Shown piece by piece: positions 1-12,464 of a stretch of 64,000 nucleotides of DNA (positions are counted from its first letter, which is position 1; each line of letters begins with the position of its first letter). The notes beneath the pieces are model-generated. The model had not been told where the DNA came from, did no database searches, and worked only from the letters and a program-made list of their open reading frames with translations. A program made the position numbers and the translations under genes. Origin of the DNA: Daphnia carinata (taxonomy: Eukaryota); the NCBI RefSeq assembly GCF_022539665.2, contig NC_081332.1, forward strand, positions 7,130,001 to 7,194,000, read 5' to 3'.

Positions 1-1073
1 TCAGTTTCAATATCTACATTCAAACAGCATCAAATATACGTGTATTCAATGTGAATATAGTGTGATACAGTGAGTTTCAATATCTACATTCAAACAGCAT
101 CAAATATACGTGTATTCAATGTGAATATAGTGTTATAGAATCAGTTTCAATATCTACATTCAAACAGCATCAAATATACGTGTATTCAATGTGAATATAG
201 TGTTATAGAATCAGTTTCAATATCTACATTCAAACAGCATCAAATATACGTGTATTCAATGTGAATATAGTGTTATACAGTGAGTTTCAATATCTACATT
301 CAAACAGCATCAAATATACGTGTATTCAATGTGAATATAGTGTTATAGAATCAGTTTCAATATCTACATTCAAACAGCATCAAATATACGTGTATTCAAT
401 GTGAATATAGTGTTATAGAATCAGTTTCAATATCTACATTCAAACAGCATCAAATATACGTGTATTCAATGTGAATATAGTGTTATAGAATCAGTTTCAA
501 TATCTACATTCAAACAGCATCAAATATACGTGTATTCAATGTGAATATAGTGTTATAGAATCAGTTTCAATATCTACATTCAAACAGCATCAAATATACG
601 TGTATTCAATGTGAATATAGTGTTATAGAATCAGTTTCAATATCTACATTCAAACAGCATCCATACGTGTATACGTGTATTCAATGTGAATATAGTGTTA
701 TAGAATCAGTTTCAATATCTACATTCAAACAGCATCAAATATACGTGTATTCAATGTGAATATAGTGTGTATATCAAATATACGTGTATTCAATGTGAAT
801 ATAGTGTTATAGAATCAGTTTCAATATCTACATTCAAACAGCATCAAATATACGTGTATTCAATGTGAATATAGTGTTATACAGTGAGTTTCAATATCTA
901 CATTCAAACAGCATCAAATATACCTGTATTCAATATCAAATATACATGTATTCAATGTGAATATAGTGTTATAGAATCAGTTTCAATATCTACATTCAAA
1001 CAGCATCAAATTATACGTGTATTCAATGTGAATATAGTGTTATAGAATCAGTTTCAATAGCTACATTCAAACA
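1..1073 (+). repeat. 70-bp tandem satellite, highly homogeneous block
   Basis: Monomer tcagtttcaatatctacattcaaacagcatcaaatatacgtgtattcaatgtgaatatagtgttatagaa recurs at 1, 71, 141, 211, 281, 351, 421 and onward. Minor variant tgtgatacagtgagtttc. Confidence 0.98.
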
Positions 1074-1440
1074 GAGTTCAAGATTATTCAGTTAGCTAGA
1101 GGCTTCTGTGTTATCACAGGCTTCTGTGTTGTCACAGGCATCTTCATTGAATACAGGTAATTCTAACACTAAATAATATCTGCACTAACATTCAATTATA
1201 ATATATAAATATATGAAAATACCTTGGAAAAAAAAGTTGCAGGGAATGTCAAACAACGTGGTTTTATTTCAGCAGACGACAGAATAGAGAGTGAACAATA
1301 TATCAAAAGAGAAGCCTGACACCATGGAATGACAGATAGGTCCCTCTAACATGATTCTTGTATGTGTTCTAACTCTAACGAAGGAGTGTTAATCAACGCC
1401 ATCTATTTGTCAATTGTTTATGTTTGGTGAAACTCCAACA
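1074..1440 (-). repeat. Copia-1 3' LTR (terminal 4 nt lost); PPT at 1441-1450
   Basis: Minus strand reads tgagagggag|TGTTGGAG. 1074-1319 matches 5814-6059. Confidence 0.9.
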
Positions 1441-1684
1441 CTCCCTCTCAAATATAAAATGACGGATGGAAATGGAGTTCAGTATCTGGAATGTTTTGTT
1501 GTTCCCTTTTTTTTTTGCTTGAATGAATGTTAAACAATGTTTGCACGAACGCGCTCTCTCAAACATAAGGGGACATAAGGAACACATCACAATGGCGATC
1601 TATAATGATCACGATAATTTCTGCAAAGAAAAGTAGGAGAGAAAAAAAGAAGAAATGGGAAAAAAAAAAGAAAAAAAGAGAGAG

Positions 1685-4600
1685 TTATTTTAACGGAACT
1701 TCTGCTACACCAATGGCGCTTCGTAAGTCAGAGAACCGAGGGTTGGGCAGTGGTTTGGTGAATGGATCAGCTAGTTGACTGACAGTCGGAGTGAATGCCA
1801 CGTCAATTTCTTTTGCCTCTTGGTATTGACGGATGAAGTAATAGCGCACATCGATGTGTTTGGTTCTCTGATGAAATTTTGGATTCTTGATATGCTCGAT
1901 TGCGGATTGATTGTCGCACTTAAGAGAAAGGGGTTGGTTCCATTCAGGTGCTAGGTCACGTAACAATCGACGAATCCAGATTGATTCTTTCGTGGCTTCA
2001 CAAGCAGCGATGAACTCTGCTTCTGTGGTAGATAACGCAATACACAGTTGACGACGGCTGCTCCAAGCAACCGGCCCACCGTTAAAAATGAAAACATAAC
2101 CTGATGTTGATTGGTGAGTTTCAATATTCCCGGCGTAATCTGCGTCTGTGTACCCAATAGGACCAGGCGGATCGGTGGAACAGAAGACTCCCAACTGCTT
2201 CTTTGAATGGTGCCTGTACTGCCACCTTTCCATCTTGGCTCTTTTGTAGTCGTGAACCCGGATCAGCAGGTAGGCTCTTTGGACAGCAATCGCTCATGTG
2301 GAACCGCCGCAGAATCTTTTTAATGTAGTCAGGTTGGAACAGGTAAAGTGTCTGGTTTGGGCGGTCACGTGTGATGGATAAGCCTACAAAGTGGTTTGCA
2401 ATAGATGAACGCATATCAAAATGCTTTCCTAGATATTCAATTATTTGAGAAATTGCACTGCTGCTGCTGCTGCAAATCAGCCCGTCATCTACCCAAATGA
2501 TCACTATCACTAATTCATTTGGTTGTCGGCGGAAGTAGAGGCATGGATCAGCGTCACTTGGACGTAAGCCGAATTTTTTAAAGAAGGTATCAAAGTGGCA
2601 ATTCCACACACGAGACGCTTGCTTTAGGCCATAGAGGCACTTGTGTAGACGGCAAACGAAATTTTCTTGGTTTGGAATAGCAAAACCTTCCGGCTGCTCC
2701 AGGTAAATCTCTTCATTTAATTCTCCATACAGGAACGCAGTTTTGATGTCTAGTTGTTTCATTTCTAGATTCTGAGCAGCGACAAACGAGAAAACTATCC
2801 GTAGTGTGTCGTATTTGGCAACTGGTGCGTATGTCTCTCCATAATCGATGCCCCAGCGCTGGGAGAAACCTTTTGCCACTAATCTCGCCTTAAAACGAGG
2901 GGATTCACGATGAACACCAGGCTTGACTTTGAAAACCCATCTGCTCTTTATAGGTGATCTACCGGCTGGTAACTTTACCAGCGTCCAAGTTTTGTTATGC
3001 ATTAGAGAGTCGTACTCTTCCTTAATTGCCAGTTTCCAAAGATGGGCGTCAACAGATTTCATGGCATCTGAATAGCTGGTTGGTTCATAGGGCTCTTCTT
3101 CTGTCTGGTGAAAAACTGACTGTAGTGATTCCTCCCACTGACGTTTTGGTTCTCGTTGACGGAGGGGGTATGGAGAGTTGCGTACTCGTTCGGTAACCTG
3201 TGGGACCAGGTGATTCTGTTTTTCTGATAATGGAGGAATTGTTTCTGATTGATCTGGTAGAAGAGATTTAGAGTTATGTCGATCGTTGAGTCTCTTGTAA
3301 TGGATGGTTCTTTTGGCAGTTCATTTGTCACTGTCAGATCTTCTTGTGCGATGGAATTTGGCTCCTCGATGTTGCGTTAATGGTGTATTCTAGGAATTGG
3401 GATGAGTGAATCAGACAACGAAGCTAACGGATTAACAGTATCCGGAAAAGTGACATCATAAGTGTTAGAGACTTGTTCGTCAAAAATGACGTCTCGACTA
3501 ATATTGATTTTCCTCGTGACAGCATCCCAAAACCGGTAGGCTTTTTGTGTGGAACTGAAGCCAACAAAATAACACTTTTTGCTTTTTGAGTCAAGCTTTC
3601 TTCTTTCAGTCTTAGGTATATGGATTAACGCAACGGATCCAAAGATGCGCAAGTTCGAGATGTTGGGCTTTACACCATACCAGCTCTGATAAGGTGTTGT
3701 TGGGGATGCTTTATTGGCGACACGATTCAACGTGTAAACAGTGCAGTCGATGGCTTCTGCCCAGAGCTCCAGAGGAAGATGTTTAGCGTGGAGAAGGCAG
3801 CGGCCACCTTCAACAATTGTTCGGTTGGCTCTTTCGGACACACCATTTTGTTCTGGCGTGTATGGTGCTGATGTCTCGTGGCGGATTCCTTTTGCAGACA
3901 GCCAGGCTTGGAAGGAACTATCCATGAATTCGCCACCATTATCTGATCTTAATGTGTGTATGATTTGTCCGGTCTCGGTGCGAGCTAAGTTGACATAGCT
4001 TTTGAAACAGTCAGCTACTTCAGATTTTTGCTTAAGAAAGGAGACAACACGCCAGCCACTGTAGTCATCTGTAAATAGAACAAAGAATTTCGAGCCGCCA
4101 GGTCTTACATGCATCGGACCGCAAACGTCTGAATGTATAAGTTGGCAAACTTGTGTGGCTCGAGTCCGACCTGTAGGGAAAGGATCCCGTTGCATTTTTC
4201 CTGATACACATCCCAAACATGGCTCTGTTGGTGGATTGTCGTTAGCCGGCAGGATGAGACCATCTACCAGCTGTTGAGAGACCATTTTGGATATTGTTTT
4301 ATAGCTGATATGAGCTAATCGTTGATGCCAGATAGCAACAGATGGAGGTCCCGGTGAGGAAAAGCAGGCTACTTCATCTTTCGGGTTGATAGTGATAGCT
4401 AGATGGTAGAGAGTTCTGCCCACGCGTTCTCCAACCAGCACGACGACATCGTCTTTGCAGAAACTCACATTCGATTCGACGAAAAGTACAGAAAGCCCCA
4501 CATCTGTTACTGCAGCTATTGATAAGAGGTTTGTTCCAAGATCAGGCACGTATAGAACCATCTCAACAGTGACAATGCGTTGGGCTCCACTGACTGTTGC

Positions 4601-5771
4601 CGTGAACTCTACGTCGCCATGACCAAATACTGAGAGGCGAGTGTGGCCGATGCCATTTACGATCCATGAACCTGGTTTAACTGGGGTGAAGGTTTTGAAA
4701 AAGGATCGCTGATCTGACATGTGCTGAGTGGCACCTGAATCTGCGAACCAATCCTTTGAGCTGCGAGCTGTGTAGCAGGTAGAGTGGGATAAATAGCCGT
4801 GATCTTCACTTTCTACAGTTTGAACTTGCATGCAGGTGTGGATAAAACAAGTCTGCTCGTTGCTCCTCTTTCGTTTCTAATTCTAGAACGACAAACGTCT
4901 TGCGTGTGATTAGGCTTGGAGCAGTAAGTGCATCGGGTATAAGGATGATGCCGGGGTGAGCCCTCTTGTCTTGGTACTCTTCCACGTCGCCCTCGTAAAG
5001 TACTTAGGCGGCCGCGAAACGGGCGTGGTGAAAAGTTTTGGGCAAAGAAGGCAGTATCAAGAGTGTCTTGTTGTCCTCTGCTCCATCTTCTTGCCATGGT
5101 CTCTTCCTTTAGGAGACGAAAGTCAACAAAGCTATAGTCTTGTCAGCGGCTGGCACGCTATCCCAGGCAGTAATGAAGCTACGAAAACTTGGCGGTAGCG
5201 TGCAAATTATCTTGGTCATAATTTGTACATTGGTGACTGGTGCACCAACATCAGATAGTTGCGTTGCCATTGTCTCAATCTCAGTGATATGCGACATAAT
5301 GTCATGATCAGGCTGGAATTGATACTCAAAAAACTTTTGTTGTAAAATGTGTTGGTTTTCAACTGCATTGCGTAGGTGTTGTGACCCACATATCATGTGT
5401 GCCCTGACAGGCGAACACACATATCATGTGCAGTAGTGCAGTTAACAAGAGATCTTTGCTGTTGGGTTTCGATTGTAGCCACTAAGTAGTTGCGAGCAAG
5501 TATGTCTCTTCTGAGCCACTCAGCAATAACATCACCGTTAACAATATTCTCTTCAACAACAACCTTAAATTGCAGAAAGTGAGATTGAATCTGTTGGCAC
5601 TTGCAAAGTATTGCATCTAAATACCTCAACAGGACAGGCTTCTTCCCCGTTAACAATTTTGACAAGATTGTGTTGTTCGAGCAACAGCCAACAACCAAAT
5701 TTCCACAAAGAGAAATTCTGTCCATTAAATTTGGCTATGTGGCTTACTTCTCGTAGCGTAGAACTGGCCAT
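1685..5771 (-). pseudogene. Copia-1 gag-pol, fragmented
   Basis: ORFs 5771-5565, 5725-5393, 5420-5109, 5097-4813 (CCHC knuckle CTYCSKPNHTQDVC), 4831-3377, 3062-2121 and 2233-1685. Frameshifts present. An RT/RNaseH-junction deletion near 2185 is apparent relative to Copia-2. Confidence 0.93.
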
Positions 5772-5795
5772 CTTGATTCAGAAAGGGTACGTGAG

Positions 5796-5809
5796 CTGGG
5801 CCCATAACC
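5796..5809 (-). promoter_or_regulatory. Primer-binding site, half-tRNAiMet (Drosophila copia/Hemivirus) type
   Basis: Minus strand ...CTCAACA|GGTTATGGGCCCAG, the copia-type PBS complementary to the internal anticodon-stem region of tRNAiMet. Confidence 0.88.
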
Positions 5810-6059
5810 TGTTGAGTTCAAGAGTATTCAGTTAGCTAGAGGATTCTGTGTTATCACAGGCTTCTGTGTTGTCACAGGCTTCTGCATTGAATACAGGTAA
5901 TTCTAACACTAAATAATATCTGCACAAACATTCAATTATAATATATAAATATATGAAAATACCTTGGAAAGAAAAGTTGCAGGGAATGGCAAACAACGTG
6001 GGTTTAATTCAGCAGACGACAGAATAGAGAGTGAACAATATATCAAAAGAGAAGCCTGA
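5810..6059 (-). repeat. Copia-1 5' LTR, U3 end truncated by satellite
   Basis: Match to the 3' LTR stops at gaagcctga (6059), where the satellite resumes. About 120 bp of LTR is missing. Confidence 0.9.
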
Positions 6060-9000
6060 TTCAATGTGAATATAGTGTTATAGAATCAGTTTCAATAGCT
6101 ACATTCAAACAGCATCAAATATACGTGTATTCAATGTGGATATATTGTTATAGAATCAGTTTCAATATCTACATTCAAACAGTATCAAATATACGTGTAT
6201 GTATTCAATGTGAATATAGTGTTATAGAATCAGTTTTAATAGCTACATTCAAACAGCATCAAATATACGTGTATTCAATATGAATATAGTGTTATAGAAT
6301 CAGTTTCAATATCTACATTCAAACAGCATCAAATATACGTGTATTCAATGTGTATGTAGTGTTTTAGAATCAGTTTCAATACCTACATTCAAACAGCATC
6401 AAATATACGTGTATTCAATATGAATATAGTGTTCTAGAATCAGTTTAATGATCTATATTCAAAAAGTATCAAATTTACGTGAATTCAATGTGAATATAGT
6501 GTTATAGAATCAGTTTCATGATCTACATTCAAACAGCATCAAATATACGTGTATTCAAGGTGAATGTAGTGTTTTAGAATCAGTTTCAATATCTACATTC
6601 AAACAGCATCAAATATACGTGTATTCAATGTGAATATAGTGTGATACATTGAATTTCAATATCTACATTCAAACAGCATCCAATATACGTGTATTCAATA
6701 TGAATATAGTGTTCTAGAATCAGTTTAATGGTCTACATTCAAAAAGTATCAAATTTATGTGTATTCAATGTGAATCTAGTGTTATAGAATCAGTTTCATG
6801 ATCTACATTCAAACAGCATCAAATATACGTGTATTCAATGTGAATATAGTGTTATAGAATCAGTTTCATGATCTACATTCAAACAGTATCAAATATACGT
6901 GTATTCAATGTGAATATAATGTGATACAGTGAGTTTCAATATCTACATTCAAACAGCATCAAATATGCGTGTATTCAATGTGAATGTAGTGTTATAGAAT
7001 CAGTTTCAATATCTTCATTCAAACAGCATCAAATATACGTGTATTCAATGGGAATTTAGTGTAATAGAATCAGTTTCAATAGCTACATTCAAACAGCATC
7101 AAATATACGTGTATTCAATGTGAATATAATGTTATAGAATCAGTTTCAATAGCTACATTCAAACAGCATCAAATATACGTGTATTCAATGTGAATATAGA
7201 GTTATAGATCAGTTTGAATATCTTCATTCAAACAGTATCAAATGTACTTGTATTCAATGTGAATATAGTATGATACAGTGAGTTTCAATATCTACATTCA
7301 AATAGCATCAAATATACGTGTAGTCAATGTGGATATAGTGTTCTACAATCAGTTTCGTAATCTCCATTGAAACAGTATCAGATTTACGTGTATTCAATGT
7401 GAATATAGTGTTATAAAATCAGTTTCATGATCTACATTCAAACAGCATCAAATATACGTGTATTTAATGTGAATATAGTGTGATACAGTGAGTTTCAATA
7501 TCTACATTCAAACAGAATCAAATATACGTGTATTCAATGTGAATATAGTGTTATAGAATCAGTTCCATGATCTACATTCAAACAGTATCAAAAATCCGCG
7601 TATTAAATGTGAATAAAGTGTGATACATTGATTTTCCATATCTACATTCAAACAGCATCAAATATACGTGTATTCAATATGAATATAGTGTTCTAGAATC
7701 CGTTTAATGATCTACATTCAAAAAGTATCAAATTTCCGTGTATTCAATGTGAATATAGTGTTATAGAATCAGTTTCATGATCTACATTCAAACAGCATCA
7801 AATATACGTGTATTTAATGTGAATATAGTGTGATACAGTGAATTTCAATATCTACATTCAAACAGCATCAAATATACGTGTATTCAATGTGAATATAGTG
7901 TTATAAAATCAGTTTCATGATCTACATTCAAACAGTATCAAATGTACGTGTATTCAATGAGAATATAGTGTTCTACAATCAGTTTCGTAATCTCCATTGA
8001 AACAGTATCAAATTTACGTGTATTCAATGTGAATATAGTGTTATAGAATCAGTTCCATGATCTACATTCAAACAGCATCAAATATACGTATATTCAATGT
8101 GAATATAGTGTTATAAAATCAGTTTCAATATCTACATTCAAACAGCATCAAATATACGTGTATTCAATGTAAATATAGTGTTATACAATGAGTTTCAATA
8201 TCTACATTCAAACAGCATCAAATATACGTGTATTCAATGTGAATATAGTGTGATACAGTGAGTTTTAATATCTACATTCAAACAGCATCAAATATACGTG
8301 TATTCAATGTGAATATAGTGTGATAAAGTGAGTTTCAATATCTACATTCAAACAACATCAAATATACGTGTATTCAATATGAATATAGTGTTCTAGAATC
8401 AGTTTAATGATCTACATTCAAACAGTATCAAATTTAAGTGTATTCAATGTGAATATAGTGTTATAGAATCAGTTTCATGATCTACATTCAAACAGCATCA
8501 AATATACGTGTATTTAATGTGAATATAGTGTGATACAGTGAGTGTCAATATCTACATTCAAACAGAATCAAATATACGTGTATTCAATGTGAATATAGTG
8601 TTCTAGAATCAGTTCCATGATCTACATTCAAACAGTATCAAAAATACGTGTATTAAATGTGAATATAGTGTGATACATTGAGTTTCAATATAAACATTCA
8701 AACAGCTTCAAATATACGTGTAGTCAATGTGAATATAGTGTGATACAGTGATTTTCCATTTCTACATTCAAACAGCATCAAATATACGTGTATTCAATAT
8801 GAATATAGTGTTCTAGAATCAGTTTCAATATCTACATTCAAACAGCATCAAATATACGTGTATTTAATGTGAATATAGTGTCATAGAATCAGTTTCAATA
8901 GCTACATTCAAACAGCATCAAATATACGTGTATTCAATGTGAATATAGTGTGATACAGTGATTTTCAATATCTACATTCAAACAGCACCAAATATACGTG

Positions 9001-9862
9001 TTTTCCTATGAATATAGTATTCTAGAATCAGTTTCATGATCTACATTCAAACAGTATCAAATTACGTGTATTCAATGTGAATATAGTGTTATAGAATCAG
9101 TTTCATGATCTACATTCAAACAGTATCAAATATACGTGTATTCAATGTGAATATAGTATGATACAGTGAGTTTCAATATCTACATTTAAATAGCATCGAA
9201 TATACATGTATTCAATGTGAATATAGCGTTATAGAATCAGTTTCATGATCTAAATTCAAATAGTATCAAATAGACCTGTATTCAATGTGAATATAGTGTG
9301 ATACAGTGAGTTTAAATATATACATTCAAATAGCATCAAATATACGTGTATTCAATGTTAATATAGTGTGATACAGTGAGTTTCAATATCTACATTCAAA
9401 CAGCATCATATATACGTGTATTCAATGTGAATATAGTGTGATACAGTGAGTTTCAATATCTGCATTCAAACAGCATCAAATATACGTGTATTCAATGTAA
9501 ATATAGTGTTATGGAATCAGTTTCATGATCTACATTCAAACAGTATCAAATATACGTTTATTCAATGTGAATATATTGTGATACAAGGAGTTCAAAAATC
9601 TCTACAGTGAAACAGCATATAAATATACGTGATTTCATTATGAATATAGTGTGATACAGTGAGTTTCAATATCTATATTCAAACAGCATCAAATATACGT
9701 GTATTCAATGTGAATATATTGTTATGGAATCAGTTTCATGATCTACATTCAAACAGTATCAGATAAACGTGTATCCAATGTGAATATACTGTGATACAGT
9801 GAGTTTCAATATCTACAGTCAAATAGCATATAAATATATGTTTTATTTCAATATGAATATAG
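6060..9862 (+). repeat. 70-bp satellite, more diverged, mixed A/B monomers
   Basis: Same monomer with more substitutions. Frequent alternation of gttatagaatcagtttcatgatc and gtgatacagtgagtttcaatatc types. Confidence 0.97.
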
Positions 9863-9899
9863 TTCAAACTCCATCAAATAAACTTAACTTCAATAATAT

Positions 9900-10707
9900 A
9901 GTAAGATTACGTGATTTATTGCTTTTGTTGCTACTACCCTCCTCCGCCTCTCCCCACTGACTGTTTCGTCTCTTGTTTCGTTTTTTTTATTACCCTTTGG
10001 ACGCATAATGGGGGGGGGGGGTCAATGACAGGACATAAATCATACGTGTTGACCTTGCTTATATTGTAACATTCTGGTTCTGTTTCACGCATGACCTACA
10101 CGCAAACTTTAGCGTTCAAACACATATAAATATACAAATATACGTGTATTCAATTCAAACAGTGAATATATTGTTATGGAATCAGCACAAGTTGGCGTCA
10201 CCAAGTTTTATTTCAATATGAATATAGTGGTATAAAACCACGCCGGAGATGTGTTTTTAGAGCCAGTCCTTACTTTCCTCATCACACAGTCGTGCAGTAG
10301 AGTCTTAAGTTTTACCTTGTGTAACCCCGAACTGCTGAGTGAAATACACTGTAACAAGTACCAGCAGTCGTTTTTTCTACTTCGCCTCTGCAAGCTACCA
10401 GCCGAGACGACGACCCAGACCGGCACCGCCCCCATACTTCGACATCACGCCACCACACCTTCAACTCTCTCCAGCGCCATGACTTCCACGTAAGTACCCC
10501 CAACCCCTTATCCTTCTTAACTTTCCTTGCTAGTGATCTTTTCATATCCGGGCAGCCGACGTGACTGGCTGCCGGATCCCAACAACTATAACTATGCACC
10601 ACCCATCAATTGACCAGAATATTAGATTAAGCAACTAACCTGACGGTCGGCAGTTTTGACTGTACTATTTGTGTGCGTTAATCTCCGGTCGCGTTAGACG
10701 TGACTCA
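9900..10707 (+). mobile_element. Probable 3' remnant of an env-bearing Gypsy element (env tail, PPT, LTR 10026-10707)
   Basis: 9917 onward reads YCFCCYYPPPPLP, like the env tail WRCCCKPPRPPPP near 38050. Then ggacgca, a G-run PPT (10010-10021), and a TGA...TCA-bounded segment with a TATA box and GTAAGT. Confidence 0.5.
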
Positions 10708-10714
10708 ATTATTG

Positions 10715-11712
10715 CAATAGTGTGATACAGTGAGTTTCAATATCTATAATAAGACAGCATCAAAAATACGTGTATTCAATGGGAATATAGTGTTATAGAA
10801 TCAGTTTCATGATCTACATTCAAACAGTATCAAATATACGTGAATTCAATGTGAATATAGTGTTGTACAGTGTGTTTCAATATCTAAAATCAAACAGTAT
10901 CAAATATACGTGTATTCAATGTGAATATACTCTGATACAGTGAGTTACAATATGTACAGCCAAACAGCAGGTAAATTACGTGATTTCAATGTGAATATAG
11001 TGTGATACAGTGAGTTTCAATATCTACATTAAAACAGCATCAAATATACGTGTATTCAATTTGAATATAGTTTGATACAATGGGTTTCAATATCTACAAT
11101 CAAACAGCATCAAATATACGTGTATTCAATGTGAATATAGTGTTATACAATCAGTTTCAATATCTACATTCAAACAGCATAAAATATACGTGTATTAAAT
11201 GTGAATATAGTGTTATAGAATCAGTTTCATGATCTACATTCAAACAGTATCAAATATTCGTGTATTCAATGTGAATATAGTGTGATACAGTGAATTTCAA
11301 TATCTACATTCAAACAGCATCAGATATACGTGTATTCAATGTGAATATAGTGTGATACAGTGAGTTTTAATATCTACATTAAAACAGCATCAAATATACG
11401 TGTATTCAATGTGAATATAGTGTGATACAGTGAGTTTCAATATCTACATTCAAACAGCATCAGATATACGTGTATTCAATGTGAATATAAAGTGATACCG
11501 TGAGTTTTAATATCTACATTAAAAAGCCTGAAATATACGTGTATTCAATGTGAATATATTGTTATAGAATCAGTTTCATGATCTACAATCAAACAGCATC
11601 AAATATACGTGTTTTCAATGTGAATATAGTGTGATACAGTGAGTTTCAATATCTAAATTCAAACAGCATCAAATATACGTGTATTCAATGTGAATATAGT
11701 GTGATACAGTGC
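10715..11712 (+). repeat. 70-bp satellite
   Basis: Same monomer, forward orientation. Confidence 0.97.
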
Positions 11713-12293
11713 GTTGACCGCAAATGATCTGATGACGTCGTGATCTACAAGTCACTAATACTTAGTTTTTTTGTAGAACTTACTGCTAAGGCTCTAAGTC
11801 CTCGTTCACGAAATAGGTACACCCGGTTTTTCCCCATAAGCGTAATGCTAAGAATAGGTTTTTTAAAATTTTATATAAAATACTTAGAGTTGAGCTAAAA
11901 AAATCTTTTTTCCCAAAAGATATAGCATTTCTTACTTAATATAGATGTAATGTTATTTTTTCGAAAATAATTTTTCTCAATACTCCTCCCTATCCCTGGA
12001 AGTTAACTCCCCTCTAAGTTTTGGAACGGAAAGTGTACTGCACACTTGGTCACCAGAGGCGCTGCAATGCAGCTTTTTGCCGTTAATGTTTGAAATTGGG
12101 GGGGGGGGGGGATTACGTTGACTCATAAAAACTATTCTTTTCAAATTCTCCTTGAGTTTCTTATGCATGTTTCTCCCTTTTTCCAGATTCTCCAACATTT
12201 TTTGCGCAGCTTTAAGTTCCTTGTTTGAGATGCCTGATTCTTCTTCTTAAACCGCAAAGCTATCTAAGCACTTTCCATATAATCTGCAATGAG
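11713..12293 (-). mobile_element. Distal fragment of the interrupted DNA element that hosts the LTR nest
   Basis: Joins 27005-27190 across the ATGAG TSD. The reconstituted minus strand shows an intron acceptor (ctcattgcag). Confidence 0.55.
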
Positions 12294-12464
12294 TGTCACC
12301 TACGGTGCTGCCCTCGCGGGCAGGGCTGTAGTGGGCACGGGCCCGCAGGTGTGGTGACCCTTTGTTTGTTCTCTTTTGCCCCCTTTTTTTGTGGGAAGGG
12401 GTAGTCGTTGTTACCCGGATCCTTGGATGTTTGAAGGGGTAGTCGTTGTTTCCCCGATCCTTGG

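Larger units (their letters stand above)
1074..6059 (-). mobile_element. Ty1/Copia LTR retrotransposon (Copia-1), defective, inserted in satellite
   Basis: Two matching LTRs, PBS and PPT. Domain order gag-PR(WFADSGATQHM)-GAG_pre-integrase-INT(HSDVCGP, RSDNGGEF)-RT(WVDD)-RNaseH(YTDADYAG). Confidence 0.97.

Noticed and set aside
1..11712. Regular repeats as a CRISPR array
   Set aside because: Head-to-tail 70-bp monomers with no unique spacers, no cas genes, and a eukaryotic context.
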